Origin: Bdellovibrionota bacterium
Lineage (GTDB): Bacteria > Bdellovibrionota_C > UBA2361 > OMII01
Assembly: GCA_044345405.1 (NCBI GenBank)
Contig: JBIJBE010000014.1
Span: forward strand, 1 to 64,000
Direction of reading: 5' to 3'
Length of the DNA stretch: 64,000 bases
The position numbers and the translations under genes were made by a program. Positions 29,029-40,457 of the stretch are shown here, one piece after another. The notes below the pieces were generated by a model. That model saw only the letters and a program-made list of their open reading frames with translations. It was not told where the DNA came from and ran no database searches. The first letter of the stretch is position 1; every line of letters begins with the position of its first letter.

Positions 29029-32000
29029 TCAGGGTTGGGCGAAGGCGATTAAGGTGAGGGCTTGTTGGGTGCGACGGTAGAGATCTGGGAGGGTTATCTC
29101 GGCGTCTTTCTCAAATACTATCGTAAAGGTGTTACTCCGTCCGAAGCGGTAGAGATGAGGGTTCTTTTGCACTAATCCGAGCGCCTTCAGTCCATCAACC
29201 CGTGTGTTCGGTCCGGGGCGGTAGCCATCGCGGAGGAGCGCCAAGGGGCTAAAGGTAAGGGACGCCTTAACGGGTGTGACCTCCGCCTTGACCACTCCAA
29301 AGGAGCGCAAGAGTCCTCGGTACCTCATCAGGATCATGAGGTTGTCCACCTCGATGGAGCACGGTCCGAACCGATCCTCCATCTCCCGTTGTAGGTCGAA
29401 CGCCTCATCCTCAGAGCGAATGTTGGAGAGCCGTTGGTAGAGCACGAGTCGTTCGCCGATGTCAGGAACGTAGGTGTCCGGGATGAAGGCGTCGACGCCA
29501 ACGATCCGTACGTCCGGATCGACGATATCCTCAAGGAGTGGCTCATCACCTTTGAGATCGCTCACTGCTTCTTGCAGGATACGACAGTACATATCGAACC
29601 CAACCGAGAGTACGTTTCCGGATTGCTCTTTGCCGAGGAGGTTCCCAGCTCCCCGAATCTCAAGATCTCGGATCGCTAAATTGAAGCCCACGCCGAGCGA
29701 GTCGAGCGATTGAAGAACCTTCAAACGCTCGTGAGCCTCTCCGGTGAGCGACCGCATGTGTGGCACGAGGAAGTAGGCGTACGCTTGTCGTTTGCTGCGT
29801 CCTACGCGACCGCGGAGCTGATAGAGCTGCGCGAGCCCGAAATGATCCGCTTTATCGATAATGATCGTGTTCGCGTTCGGAACGTCCAAGCCTGATTCGA
29901 TGATCGTGGTGGACACCAGAACATCGAGCTCACGGTCAACGAATCGCTTCATGATCCGTTCAAGGGTCGTCTCGCTCATCTGTCCGTGCGCGAAGTCGAA
30001 GCGAGCCTCTGGAACGAGCTCCGCTAGTTTCGCGGTCGCGAGGGCGATATTCTGCACGCGATTGTGGAGGAAGAATACCTGTCCTCCTCGACGAAGCTCT
30101 CGAAGAATGGCGTCTCGAATGAGGGCGTCGTCACGCTCCGCGATGTAGGTGTGAACCACTTTTCTATCGACGGGGGCAGTGTGAATGAGGCTGATATCCC
30201 GAATTCCGAGAAGGGACATATGGAGCGTTCGCGGGATTGGGGTGGCGGTAAGGGTAAGGACGTCCACATTGCTTCGGTACGAGCGGAGTCGCTCCTTTTG
30301 CTTAACCCCAAATCGGTGTTCCTCATCGATGATGAGGAGGCCGAGATCTTTGAACTGCACATCGGGTTGCAGGAGCTTGTGAGTGCCGATGATGATATCC
30401 ACTTCGCCGTGCGCCAGCGCGTCGAGGGTCTTTTGGTTCTCCTCTGGGGGGTAGAATCGGCTTACGGCGGCGACCTTAACGGGGTATCCCTTAAATCGTT
30501 CAGCGAAGTTCTTTTTGTGTTGCTCGACAAGGATCGTTGTCGGTACGAGCACCGCGACCTGTCTCGCGTGTTGGGTCGCTTTGAAGGCGGCGCGGATCGC
30601 GACCTCGGTCTTACCGAACCCCACATCGCCGCACACCATGCGGTCCATCGGCTTATCGCTCGAGAGATCGGTGAGCGCTTCTTGGATAGCTTTTCGTTGA
30701 TCGGGGGTTTCATCATACGGGAAGGTGTCGGCGAACCGTTCATCCTCGGCCCCCTCTGGCTCGTAGCGCCATCCCTTCACCACAGTACGGGTGGCGTAGA
30801 GGCGGATGAGGTCACCCGCGAGGGTAACGATAGAATCACGAATCTTCTGCTTCGTGTTCACCCATCGGGTAGATCCGAGCTTATCGATTCGTGGTGATTG
30901 TCCCTCGGCGGCGACGAACTTTTGAATCTTTCCGATCTGGTGCGCGGGGAGGTAAAGCCGACTGTCGGCGTACTCGATCTGAAGGAAGTCGCCGAGCACC
31001 CCTTCAACGGTGAGGTGTTTCAGCCCTTGATATAGCCCCACGCCGTAATCGAAGTGAACGATGTGATCGCCCTCCTTCAAGAGTGAGAGGGAGCTTAAGA
31101 GCCGCTTCGCGCTGATACGGGGAGCCGATCCCGATCGATACGATCGCTCTCCGAAGATCTCATTCTCTGAGATGAAGATGATCTTCTCATCGAGGAGTCG
31201 AAATCCCGCGTGAAGGTGACCAACGAGGATGGCGACCGGTGGTCGCCGGGTCGTAACCCACCCCATCGCGGTGGTCTCGACGATCGGGGCGTCGGTGTTG
31301 ATGTCGAGTAAGATAGTGTGCAGCCGCTGCGCGCGGGATCGTGAGCCCACACTAAACGCGATCGAAAATTTCTTGCGGCGCCACGTGTCGAGGAACTCTT
31401 TGAGCGGTTGGAAGGCGTTTCCACTTCCGACCGCCGTTTTCATCTGGGTCGCGAGGTCAAGAAGGCTCTCGGTCTTGAGGTTTTCGTGTGAGTCGTGTGT
31501 GGCGGAGTCGTCGATGCCGCCGACATCGCACGTTGTGACCTCGGCGACCTCGCGCCATGTCGTATCGAAATCAAAGAAGACCTCATCGACCTTCGGGATA
31601 AGATGCTGTTCATCGATCAGTCGAACCGAGCGATCGTGCGCGTTCTCAAGGAACTCCTCAAGCGATCGTTGAATCTTATGCGAGTCTAGAGCGAATACCT
31701 TGGTGTCCTTGGGCAGGAGTCGGGTGAGGCTGGTGACGCTTGGGGCGAAGATGTACTGCAGAAGCTCGAGACTTGGATACTCGGCGCGTTGGTCGAGCGC
31801 TTGGAGCACCTTTTCAACCTCGCGGAGTGGGGTGCCGATCGCCATCGCTCGCTCTTTAAGGGTCGTGGTGATTCGCTCTTTGGCATTAGCGTACCAGGAA
31901 GGTAGTGGGAACTCCTTAACGGGAAGGATTGAGACCGAAGAGAGGTCTCCCAGAGATCGTTGTGATTCTGGATCGAAGGTAACGAGTCGAACGACCTTGT

Positions 32001-32559
32001 TAAACTCGAACTCGATACGAACTGGGTGAGGGGTGTTGCCCGGGAAGAGGTCGATAACCGCGCCTTTGATGGCGAGATCTCCTACCTGTGTGACGCTCTT
32101 CGTTGTGTTGAAGCCGCCATCCACGAGGGTTGCGACGAAGGGATCTCGATTGATGAGGCTCCCAACGTGGATGTCGACCTTCAGTTGATCAAGATAATCG
32201 GGTGGGATGATCTTTTGAACGAGCGCCTCGGCTGATGTGACCACAGTAAAGGAGGGTGCATGGGTTATTTCGTAAAGGGTTTGGATCCGTTGGGCTGAGA
32301 TCTCAATGCCGGGAGAGACGGGCTCAAGGGGAAGCGTCTCCCACGAGGGAAAAACTGAGACGCCAGCGGTTCCCTGAAAGAAGCGCAGGTCCTCCAGGAC
32401 ATCTTCGACCTCCTTCCGATCCGCGCAGATGATGAGCGCTTTAGGGTGATTCCGCACTTCTCGCGCAAGGAACCACCCTGCGGCGGAGCCGTGTAGTCCT
32501 AGAATCTTCCGAGCATGTGTGAGTGAGGTGGGGGTCATACCGTAGGCCGAGCTCGTCAT
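29029..32559 (-). CDS. mfd: Transcription-repair coupling factor
   Basis: [43 protein letters not shown] and TRCF tail. Confidence 0.97.
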   Translation of the reverse strand: MTSSAYGMTPTSLTHARKILGLHGSAAGWFLAREVRNHPKALIICADRKEVEDVLEDLRFFQGTAGVSVFPSWETLPLEPVSPGIEISAQRIQTLYEITHAPSFTVVTSAEALVQKIIPPDYLDQLKVDIHVGSLINRDPFVATLVDGGFNTTKSVTQVGDLAIKGAVIDLFPGNTPHPVRIEFEFNKVVRLVTFDPESQRSLGDLSSVSILPVKEFPLPSWYANAKERITTTLKERAMAIGTPLREVEKVLQALDQRAEYPSLELLQYIFAPSVTSLTRLLPKDTKVFALDSHKIQRSLEEFLENAHDRSVRLIDEQHLIPKVDEVFFDFDTTWREVAEVTTCDVGGIDDSATHDSHENLKTESLLDLATQMKTAVGSGNAFQPLKEFLDTWRRKKFSIAFSVGSRSRAQRLHTILLDINTDAPIVETTAMGWVTTRRPPVAILVGHLHAGFRLLDEKIIFISENEIFGERSYRSGSAPRISAKRLLSSLSLLKEGDHIVHFDYGVGLYQGLKHLTVEGVLGDFLQIEYADSRLYLPAHQIGKIQKFVAAEGQSPRIDKLGSTRWVNTKQKIRDSIVTLAGDLIRLYATRTVVKGWRYEPEGAEDERFADTFPYDETPDQRKAIQEALTDLSSDKPMDRMVCGDVGFGKTEVAIRAAFKATQHARQVAVLVPTTILVEQHKKNFAERFKGYPVKVAAVSRFYPPEENQKTLDALAHGEVDIIIGTHKLLQPDVQFKDLGLLIIDEEHRFGVKQKERLRSYRSNVDVLTLTATPIPRTLHMSLLGIRDISLIHTAPVDRKVVHTYIAERDDALIRDAILRELRRGGQVFFLHNRVQNIALATAKLAELVPEARFDFAHGQMSETTLERIMKRFVDRELDVLVSTTIIESGLDVPNANTIIIDKADHFGLAQLYQLRGRVGRSKRQAYAYFLVPHMRSLTGEAHERLKVLQSLDSLGVGFNLAIRDLEIRGAGNLLGKEQSGNVLSVGFDMYCRILQEAVSDLKGDEPLLEDIVDPDVRIVGVDAFIPDTYVPDIGERLVLYQRLSNIRSEDEAFDLQREMEDRFGPCSIEVDNLMILMRYRGLLRSFGVVKAEVTPVKASLTFSPLALLRDGYRPGPNTRVDGLKALGLVQKNPHLYRFGRSNTFTIVFEKDAEITLPDLYRRTQQALTLIAFAQP

Positions 32560-33294
32560 CCCGCGCCAAGGAGGTGTTCCTGAGGAGGAGGTCGAAAGGT
32601 CATAATACGACTGACCATGGTAGGCGTAAAGGGAGCTCGCTTGGATCGTGGCTTATAGTACCCGGTAGTGAAAAGGTATCCCCGATAAGATGTTGTGTCG
32701 GATGACTCTGATGCCGGCGTTCGCGCCTTGAGACGTTCGTTTACTATCACGTTCCCCAAGGTTGTCATGCTCGTCGAGCGACAGCTTCGAATTGGGCGTG
32801 CTCTGGAGCGAATCTCAATTGATGCTACATCGCACTGTCAGTAAGAGAGCTATTGATGAAAATAAGCCGAAAACAGATGAAGATCTTCTGATGTCGAGCG
32901 TCCTTTCATACCTTTTCTTTCCTCGGAGGCGTCTCACACGCGTCAGTATTCAGGTCTTCTCGCGCAAACACTCGGCGCCGTGCTGAGTCTTCACTACGCG
33001 CGACTTGGGAGTCGCTATTTTGTTGTTTTCTGGGATAAGCGGCTTTGTGGGTGCTATTGCGTTAAGGGGGCGTTGTACCCAGGCGCTACCTGTTCTTTCT
33101 AGTTTGATAACGAACCGGTTTGAGGGGTAGGTTACTGAAGGGTGGTCGTCAAGGATGGTCGGCGTGAGTAAGGTAAGGCGTTGTGATAGCCTCTAGGGGC
33201 TATCCCTCAGTTCGGGCTACGGTCGCCCGTTTAGGTTCGCGAAGCTCCCCGAATCCCAGGCTGGACCTCGCGACAGTGTAGCTATAGGTGATGT

Positions 33295-33924
33295 ATGACC
33301 TTGTCCCGTGACCACGGAATGCCACGACTCGAGGGTGTCTCATTCCCGACAAGTGGGTGCAGAGAGACGCATCAGTTTGAGCGTCGCATCGAGGCGATGG
33401 AGGCGCGCATGCGAGAAGCTGGGCTTCCTAATGACCACTTTCCGTTCATCTCAGCTTGGTGCATGGCGCGCCCTGAATGGAATACGCTCAAAGAGAATTA
33501 TAATCTGTATGACGCGGTGTGCGTTCTTAAGGGCCTTCGTCCGGTGGCTCTCCTCCCAACCGTAGATCTTGACCGCAAGGATCGGTTTAATGCCTATCTT
33601 CTGCGCTCACTAGAGGCAGGTGGTATCGTAGTGCGCAAGAGCCCTTACGCGGCGGACCTAATTGTTGGCGCTCAAGATCGAGTTGAAGCGGTTGAGGGGG
33701 TATTTCGGAAGTACTCCGAAGAAGGACGATTCTCCGACCTGTATCACCGAGAGCTCGGACGGGCTCTCGGATACTCAGACAAAGCGATCGAGCGTTTCCT
33801 GACTGCGCTTTCGAGGGGACAGTCTCCCAGTGTGGTGAGTATTATTGAATCGGCTCTTCCCGCGGATGATGACTCCTATCTTCGTGTGAGCCTTCCGAAT
33901 GGCCAGGTCGTGGCGGTCTGTTAG
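33295..33924 (+). CDS. Hypothetical protein
   Basis: 209-aa ORF with AGGTGA RBS; ELGRALGY motif; family not identified. Confidence 0.6.
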   Translation: MTLSRDHGMPRLEGVSFPTSGCRETHQFERRIEAMEARMREAGLPNDHFPFISAWCMARPEWNTLKENYNLYDAVCVLKGLRPVALLPTVDLDRKDRFNAYLLRSLEAGGIVVRKSPYAADLIVGAQDRVEAVEGVFRKYSEEGRFSDLYHRELGRALGYSDKAIERFLTALSRGQSPSVVSIIESALPADDDSYLRVSLPNGQVVAVC

Positions 33925-34007
33925 AGCGGCAGGGCTTTTCCTCTCCCCCGTAGCAACAATGTGGCGCTTCCTTCGATTGTGCTCCATGCATTCGAGAGGA
34001 GACAGGT

Positions 34008-34997
34008 ATGACTATCGAGGAGTTGATTCAACGAGCTGTTCCGCCAGAGGCCTCAGACCTTCACCTGGTGGAGGGATATGTCCCTAGAGCGCGACTGCAT
34101 GGGGCGCTCAGAGAGCTCCAAGGGCCGTCCATTTCGGAGGAACGCTTCACAGCGCTTCTCTATACACTTCTCGCCGATGATCTCCGTGAGGCGTTCACTC
34201 GAGGACTCGATGTCGATACCGCTCGTTCATTGGCGGGGGAGCGGTGGAGAATCCACGGGTATACCCAACGAGCGGGACGAGCTCTCTCGCTCCGTCGAAT
34301 TCCCAATCTCATCCCTGATCTTGCCGGTCTAGGTCTCCCAGAGGGCGTTCATCGATGGGGGGCACTTCGAAGTGGGCTGGTGCTCATCACCGGTCCTACC
34401 GGCTCGGGCAAATCAACAACGGCAGCCGCTCTTCTTGATCTCATAAATGGGCGTGACGCCAGGCACGTCGTGACGATAGAGAATCCTATCGAGTTTCTTC
34501 ACAACAATCGATCGTGTCTTGTCTCTCAGCGTGAGGTAGGTGCTCATGTCGGCTCGTTTACCGATGCTCTTCGTTCAGCGCTTCGAGAGGATCCGGACAT
34601 TATCTTTGTTGGGGAGATGAGAGATCTGGAGACGATACGACTGGCGTTGCAGGCCGCTGAGACCGGGCATCTTGTGATCTCGACCTTACACACCTCAAGC
34701 GCCGCGAAAACAGTGGCAAGGGTCGTTGATGTTTTTCCGGCGGAACAGCAACCGCAGATTCGAGCGATCCTCGCGGATACCCTTGAGGGGATCGTCGCCC
34801 AGGAGCTCGTTGTCAATCGGCAGGGTGAGCGTTCCCTCGTCGCGGAGGTTTTGCTCGCCACCCCAGCGGTGCGTTCCCTCATTCGTGACGGTAAAACGCA
34901 TCACCTCGAGCATGTGATACAAACCTCGGCTTCGGTTGGTATGCGTTCTCGGGAGGCCAGTCTTCGCGGTCTCCGGGAGCGGGGGCTCCTCGAATAA
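34008..34997 (+). CDS. pilT: PilT/PilU-family retraction ATPase
   Basis: ASDLHL, GPTGSGKST, ALREDPD, GEMRD, AETGHLVISTLH. Confidence 0.9.
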   Translation: MTIEELIQRAVPPEASDLHLVEGYVPRARLHGALRELQGPSISEERFTALLYTLLADDLREAFTRGLDVDTARSLAGERWRIHGYTQRAGRALSLRRIPNLIPDLAGLGLPEGVHRWGALRSGLVLITGPTGSGKSTTAAALLDLINGRDARHVVTIENPIEFLHNNRSCLVSQREVGAHVGSFTDALRSALREDPDIIFVGEMRDLETIRLALQAAETGHLVISTLHTSSAAKTVARVVDVFPAEQQPQIRAILADTLEGIVAQELVVNRQGERSLVAEVLLATPAVRSLIRDGKTHHLEHVIQTSASVGMRSREASLRGLRERGLLE

Positions 34998-35069
34998 ATG
35001 GCCTGTCAGTTCGGACTAAAACGTTCTCTCCTATTGCGGTGTGGGGGGCGCTTAGGTTACCACCCGAGC

Positions 35070-36176
35070 ATGAGCATAGAGCGACGCCCACTATTCCCCT
35101 TTACTGTTCTGATACTACTCCTTGTCCGTTGCGTGCCGTTTGCGCATGGTGAAATACCGACCGCTCCGACTATCACAGTCGGTGTTATTCTCCCGCTCAC
35201 GGGGTCGGCCGCGAACTTTGGTGGCATCGCCCAGAGGGGGATTGAGCTCGCGCTTGAGGGCCTCTCTCCTGAGGACCGCGCGAGGACTCACGTTATCTAC
35301 GAGGATGATGGGCTGGTGAACTCACGCTCGGTAACCGCGGCCCGAAAGCTCCTCTCCGTCGACAAGGTGGATGCGTTGATTACCTGGTCCTCGGGGACAG
35401 CTCTAACCGTGGCAAGCATCCTTGAGGCGTCTCGTGTACCTCAAATCGCGATAGCGTCGGATCCTGCCGTCGTGCGGGGAAAAAAATTCTCTTTCACCTA
35501 CTGGCCTCTGCCAGAAGATGAGGCGCGAACGGTGTCTGAATACCTAGTAAGGTTCGGCAAGAAGCGCGTAGCCATCATCACTCTCACGCACAACGGCGCG
35601 CTTGCCATCAGGGACGCGTTCACGAGGTTGTTCGTGGAAGAGGGCGGGGGAACGGTCGCGGCGAATGAGGAGGTATCGGGTGATGTTGTTGATTTTCGAG
35701 CGGTGATGAGTCGAATTAAAGCTAAAGGGCCAATCGACGCGTTTGTTCCGATTCTTTTCCCAGGGCAACTCGCCGTTAGTATCAAGCAGGCGCGTGAGTC
35801 TGGAATCACAGCTTCGCTCGTTGGGTTCGAAACGTTCGAAGATCGGGATGAGTTCCACGCAAGTGGTGGCTTGATGGTTGGAGCGGTCTATGGGACCGGG
35901 GCGGATCCTGACGCTACGTTTGTCGAAAGATATCGGAACAAATATCCCGCCACATCATATTACACCGCGAATCAAACGTACGATGCTCTTAACCTTTTGG
36001 TTGCGGCTACTCGACATGCCAAGGATGGTCCGACGATCGCTGAGTTCCTTCGAACAAGAAAGGACTATCCCACCGCCTCCGGCTTGGCTAGCTCGACTGG
36101 GGATAACCGCTTTCGTTTACCCACAGCGCTCAAGCGGTTGGATGCGGCTGGTACACCGGAAGTTGTTCGTGAATGA
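35070..36176 (+). CDS. Branched-chain amino acid-type ABC substrate-binding protein (orphan)
   Basis: Signal peptide; ITVGVILPLTG, YEDD, YDALNLL; start at 35070 or 34998. Confidence 0.85.
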   Translation: MSIERRPLFPFTVLILLLVRCVPFAHGEIPTAPTITVGVILPLTGSAANFGGIAQRGIELALEGLSPEDRARTHVIYEDDGLVNSRSVTAARKLLSVDKVDALITWSSGTALTVASILEASRVPQIAIASDPAVVRGKKFSFTYWPLPEDEARTVSEYLVRFGKKRVAIITLTHNGALAIRDAFTRLFVEEGGGTVAANEEVSGDVVDFRAVMSRIKAKGPIDAFVPILFPGQLAVSIKQARESGITASLVGFETFEDRDEFHASGGLMVGAVYGTGADPDATFVERYRNKYPATSYYTANQTYDALNLLVAATRHAKDGPTIAEFLRTRKDYPTASGLASSTGDNRFRLPTALKRLDAAGTPEVVRE

Positions 36177-36241
36177 TTGCACGACTCTGGATGACAGATT
36201 CTGACACCTGGACGTAAGATTGTGTTGCCCCTAATTCCTCG

Positions 36242-37717
36242 GTGTCTATACTACCGCAGCCTATCCCAGACTTGGTTCAAAACATGGAGTTTGCTCCGCA
36301 GCCTGTTCGAGTTCCATCCAAGGTCCATTCGGAGGGAGTCCCTTCCCTGCTGGAGGGGACCTTGCCCCGACCTCCTTCACCTGAGGCCCTTGAGCGTCAT
36401 GGTGTTATCGCTCCCGATGGCTCGCTGTGCGTTGGGCTCTTCAAGTTGCCTGTGGAGATGATGAGCTCCCGGTTGCGTGATACGGCGAGACTTACGGATC
36501 GAATTCCAAAAGCGTTCCCAACCGTTCATCAACTGCAGCGAGTTCTCATCGATAGCAACATCCGCATTCCTCCCGCAGCTTTAGATTTCCCGGCCGCGTT
36601 CGCGACCTTCAAGAGGGCTATGGATGGAGACCTTCGAGGAGTTCATTTCACCGATACCGCGCGAACCCTAGATCGTCTCGCTGTCGGTCAGTCGGTCTCG
36701 CCTACTGAGATCTCAGCGCTGAGAAGCACGCTCCTGGAGGCGGCGCACATCGCGACGGTGTGCGTCGGTATCGACGCAACCCATTTTGAGGCGCTCAATT
36801 ACCGCTCTCGACTTCAACGCGGGAAGGATTGGTTGGTTGACAAGGTTGGCGCGACGAAGGTTGGGGATCCGCGAATTCACGCTCGACTGACCTCAATGCT
36901 GTTTGAGGACCTCAGTCCGATGGAGATCCGGGTTGATACGGATGTATGGGCGCAGAGGCTTTCGTTATCGTCCGATGGCTCCACGCTCGTTCGTACCCTC
37001 TGCGCCGCGGAGCATAACGTAGCGGACGTGCTCTCCAGCGGCTCTTTTGAGCGAGTCGTTCGTTCGAGTGCGGGAGATTTGAAAGGGAATTTTGTTCTAT
37101 CGTCCAGTGATGCGAGCGCCCCCGTCTTTGCCGTGGAGCACACAATTAGAGACGTGTTCGCCGCCCTTCAGTTGGGCCAGTCCGCCTCCCGACTGCTCAC
37201 CGAACTCGATGGTCGCAAGGTAGACTTGGTGCGGTTGTGTCGATTCGTCGATCGGGAAACCGCCTTGGGAGTTCGAAGCAATGTAAACCGCTTGTCTCCG
37301 CAGGCGCACGCGCGTCTGGGAGATGTCGATGCGTGGGCTGAGCGATTTGATAGCCCGGGTGTGCATGTGTTTTCCGATGAGGAGCGCCACGAGCTTGCCA
37401 TTCTCCTCCTCGACGCCGAGTTGTGTCTGAATGCCGTTGGACATCTGCAAAATGTCGTAGTGGCAGAGGAGCGCCGCTCATTCTGGCGCGGCTTATGGCC
37501 GGCGTCCGTGCGGGACAGAGAGGTTTCGTGTGCTCTTGAGCTTGTGAATACGCTGCCCGCTCCACTCTCGAACGACTGCCAAGGGGCCGCTACGGTAGTA
37601 ACGAACGCGGCGATGCTCCTTGGATTCTCTGGCGAAGATAGGGGAAAGGGGGCCGGTTGGCGGGTTCCGGAAAACCCCTTAGCGTCGCTCACATGGGCGT
37701 TGAATCGCGCCGTATGA
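36242..37717 (+). CDS. Hypothetical protein
   Basis: 491-aa ORF with Pro-rich N-terminus; start uncertain; no family recognised. Confidence 0.7.
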   Translation: MSILPQPIPDLVQNMEFAPQPVRVPSKVHSEGVPSLLEGTLPRPPSPEALERHGVIAPDGSLCVGLFKLPVEMMSSRLRDTARLTDRIPKAFPTVHQLQRVLIDSNIRIPPAALDFPAAFATFKRAMDGDLRGVHFTDTARTLDRLAVGQSVSPTEISALRSTLLEAAHIATVCVGIDATHFEALNYRSRLQRGKDWLVDKVGATKVGDPRIHARLTSMLFEDLSPMEIRVDTDVWAQRLSLSSDGSTLVRTLCAAEHNVADVLSSGSFERVVRSSAGDLKGNFVLSSSDASAPVFAVEHTIRDVFAALQLGQSASRLLTELDGRKVDLVRLCRFVDRETALGVRSNVNRLSPQAHARLGDVDAWAERFDSPGVHVFSDEERHELAILLLDAELCLNAVGHLQNVVVAEERRSFWRGLWPASVRDREVSCALELVNTLPAPLSNDCQGAATVVTNAAMLLGFSGEDRGKGAGWRVPENPLASLTWALNRAV

Positions 37718-37839
37718 ACGGTGCAAGGTATCGGACAGGTCTCCGTAGTACGAATAAATAGCAGTTCTTTCCGAGAGTCTTCCACTTCTTAGGTCGTGGT
37801 GAGATCGGGTATACTAGTTGTAGTGGGAATCGCGGAGGA

Positions 37840-38343
37840 GTGGCTATGGACGAAACTACCAAGAAGATTATCGACACCATCTCGGTTGTGTATCCGAAGC
37901 CCACGCAGATCCCAACGGGACAGTCGTGCTCGGTTTTCTACGATTGCTTTCAACTCTCTCCAAGCGATCTCGCCCGACTCGCGGCTGAGGCTGTGGGGGA
38001 CGTAGACCACGATACCTTCGATATCGTGGTCGGGCTCGCGTATAGTGGAATCCTGTTCGCATCCGCTGTCGCGGGTGGCAAAAAGGTAGGGATTCTCCAA
38101 AAAGACGGGCAGCTCTTTGGGCCCTCATTGAAGGGACTTCGGGTTATCGTCGCTGACGACGTTGTACACTCAGGTGGTCGGATGCGAGAGGCTGCTTCGA
38201 AGGTGGCCGCCGCCGGCGGAGAGGTTATCGGCTTTGCGTGCATCGTCGATCGCTCGGCTGGGAAGTTCACCAACGGTATCCCTTCAGAAAAGAACGGCGA
38301 AATGGGGCCATTGTGGAGTGCATTCCAGACCGATATGGAATAA
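37840..38343 (+). CDS. Type I phosphoribosyltransferase (short, PyrE-like)
   Basis: PRPP-binding motif VIVADDVVHSGG; CIVDR. Confidence 0.8.
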   Translation: MAMDETTKKIIDTISVVYPKPTQIPTGQSCSVFYDCFQLSPSDLARLAAEAVGDVDHDTFDIVVGLAYSGILFASAVAGGKKVGILQKDGQLFGPSLKGLRVIVADDVVHSGGRMREAASKVAAAGGEVIGFACIVDRSAGKFTNGIPSEKNGEMGPLWSAFQTDME

Positions 38344-38385
38344 ACTTTTCATACTCTCACATACAAAACCCGTTCCGGAGTTATC

Positions 38386-38940
38386 ATGACCGTTAAGAAT
38401 CCCTGGCAGCGCCGAGGCAGCAAGCTCGTATACTCAAATCCGTGGATCACGGTTCGTGAGGATGATGTCATTACGCCTGGCGGTAAACCGGGTATTTACG
38501 GCGTCGTCGAGACCCGAATCGCCACCGGGGTTGTCGCCCTTACCGAGAAGAACGAGATCTATCTCGTTGGGCAATATCGCTACCCCGTTGATCAGTATTC
38601 TTGGGAGATCCCCGAGGGGGGATCTGAGATTGATGAGGACCCGATGGTGACCGCGAAGCGGGAGCTTCGTGAGGAGACGGGGCTTGAGGCCGAGTCGTGG
38701 GAGCAGCTCGGTGGTGAGATTCACCTCAGTAATTGCTTTTCATCGGAGCGAGGGTTTCTCTATCTCGCCCGAGGATTGCGAGAGGGGGTCGCTGAACCGG
38801 ATCACACAGAGGAGCTTCAGGTAAAGAAGATCCCTTTCGCCGAGTGCCTCGCGATGGTTGATCGCGGGGAGATAAAGGACAGCCTTACCGTTATCGCCGT
38901 CTTACGTATCGCACGTGTTTTGGGTACGAGGAGCGCGTGA
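38386..38940 (+). CDS. NUDIX hydrolase (ADP-ribose pyrophosphatase-like)
   Basis: Nudix box GG..EIDEDPMVTAKRELREETG; QYRYP. Confidence 0.92.
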   Translation: MTVKNPWQRRGSKLVYSNPWITVREDDVITPGGKPGIYGVVETRIATGVVALTEKNEIYLVGQYRYPVDQYSWEIPEGGSEIDEDPMVTAKRELREETGLEAESWEQLGGEIHLSNCFSSERGFLYLARGLREGVAEPDHTEELQVKKIPFAECLAMVDRGEIKDSLTVIAVLRIARVLGTRSA

Positions 38941-40313
38941 ACTTTCTCTCGACCCGTTCATCGAAGAGTCTCGTTCGGGAAGGGCTTCTCGACGCGGCCA
39001 AGATGGGCGCGACCGAGACCTATCTCGGCGCGTTCGGCGTCTTTCTCGGAGGCGCTCCCCTTCAGATAGGGGCACTCGCGACCTTGCCACCTCTTATAGG
39101 GGCGATCACACAGTCGATCGGGATGCGGCTCAGCGAGCGCGCGACGAGTCGTCGAGGTATCGTGGCGAGCCTCATGAGGCTTCAGTCCCTCTTGTTACTC
39201 CCAATAGCTTCTATCCCATTTCTTTTTGATTCGGGATCGAAGGCGGTTACCGCCCTGATCGGTGTCGTTGTGCTGTATCATATCACGATCGGTCTGATCG
39301 CCCCGGTATGGAATAGTTTGGTGGGAGACCTCCTACCGCCACTATCGCGTGGTGAGTTCTTCGGATTTCGCAATAAGTGGATGGCGATCGTAACCTTTAG
39401 CGCTGTGGTGCTCGCGGGTCAAACGATCCATTGGTTTAACGAGTTCGGCCTTGAGGCCTGGGGATTCGTCCTCGTCTTCCTTTTCTCCGCGGTTGCTCGG
39501 TGGTTCTCCGCTTCGGCCTTTAGGGGAGTGGACGACGTATCGCTGCACGTGCCCGATGAATCAAAGTTCACCTTCTGGCAATTTATCGCCCGGGCGCGGT
39601 ACTCCAACTTTGTGAAGTTCGTATTTTTCGTTTCGTGTATGAACTTTGCGGCCTCGATCTCGGGTCCATACTTCGCGATGTACATGCTGAAGGACCTCTC
39701 GCTCTCCTACGCGGATTACACCGTGGTGGTCGCCGCCGCCGTGCTCGCGCAGTTCGTCGTGATGCGCTCGTGGGGCGCGATGAGTGACCAGTTCGGTAAT
39801 CGAACGATCTTGAAGGTGTGTGGCACGTTGGTGGCGTTTAACCCCGTATTGTGGTTGATCTCGTCGAATTTCTGGTACGTGCTCTTCATTCAATTTTATA
39901 GTGGGATCTTTTGGGCGGGGTTTACCTTGGCGGCGGCGAACTTTGTGTTCGACGCCGTAACGCCTCCAAAGAGAGCGAGGTGTGTCGCCTACCAGGCGAT
40001 TATCAACGGCTTCCTCGTTTTTAGCGGATCGTGTGTTGGTGGTTGGGTGGTGCATCTGGTCCCGGACGTATGGGTAGAACACCTTGGTTTATGGGTGCCG
40101 CACTCGAAGTTCCTCGCGCTGTTCGTACTCTCTGGCGTCCTGAGAATGGGGGTGATGCTGTTCCTCTTCCCCGCCTTTAAAGAGGTGCGACAGGTCGAAA
40201 GTATTCGAGGTCATCAGCTCCTGATCCGGGTGACTTCGCTCCGCCCGTTGTGGGGTGGAACCTTCTCGTTTATCTCGCAGCGGTATTCGGAGCGGCGGGG
40301 GAGGAGGGAGTAG
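38937..40313 (+). CDS. MFS transporter
   Basis: About 12 hydrophobic segments; WGAMSDQFGNR motif. Confidence 0.9.
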   Translation: MNFLSTRSSKSLVREGLLDAAKMGATETYLGAFGVFLGGAPLQIGALATLPPLIGAITQSIGMRLSERATSRRGIVASLMRLQSLLLLPIASIPFLFDSGSKAVTALIGVVVLYHITIGLIAPVWNSLVGDLLPPLSRGEFFGFRNKWMAIVTFSAVVLAGQTIHWFNEFGLEAWGFVLVFLFSAVARWFSASAFRGVDDVSLHVPDESKFTFWQFIARARYSNFVKFVFFVSCMNFAASISGPYFAMYMLKDLSLSYADYTVVVAAAVLAQFVVMRSWGAMSDQFGNRTILKVCGTLVAFNPVLWLISSNFWYVLFIQFYSGIFWAGFTLAAANFVFDAVTPPKRARCVAYQAIINGFLVFSGSCVGGWVVHLVPDVWVEHLGLWVPHSKFLALFVLSGVLRMGVMLFLFPAFKEVRQVESIRGHQLLIRVTSLRPLWGGTFSFISQRYSERRGRRE

Positions 40314-40339
40314 GATACAGCTATTTCTACCCGGGACTT

Positions 40340-40431
40340 GGGAGGGCGACCGTCCTCGGTCGCCGTGTTTCGTCCGGCGAAATCGATGCGCGATGCGCGA
40401 TTTTTCGGCGACCGGGGACGGTCGCCCTCCC
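40340..40431. repeat. Inverted pair of REP-like palindromes (BIME-like)
   Basis: GGGAGGGCGACCGTCCTCGGTCGCCG (40340-40365) and an inverted near-identical copy (40406-40431) between convergent genes. Confidence 0.88.
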
Positions 40432-40457
40432 GCCATTCCGGGCCGTAAGCGTCAGGA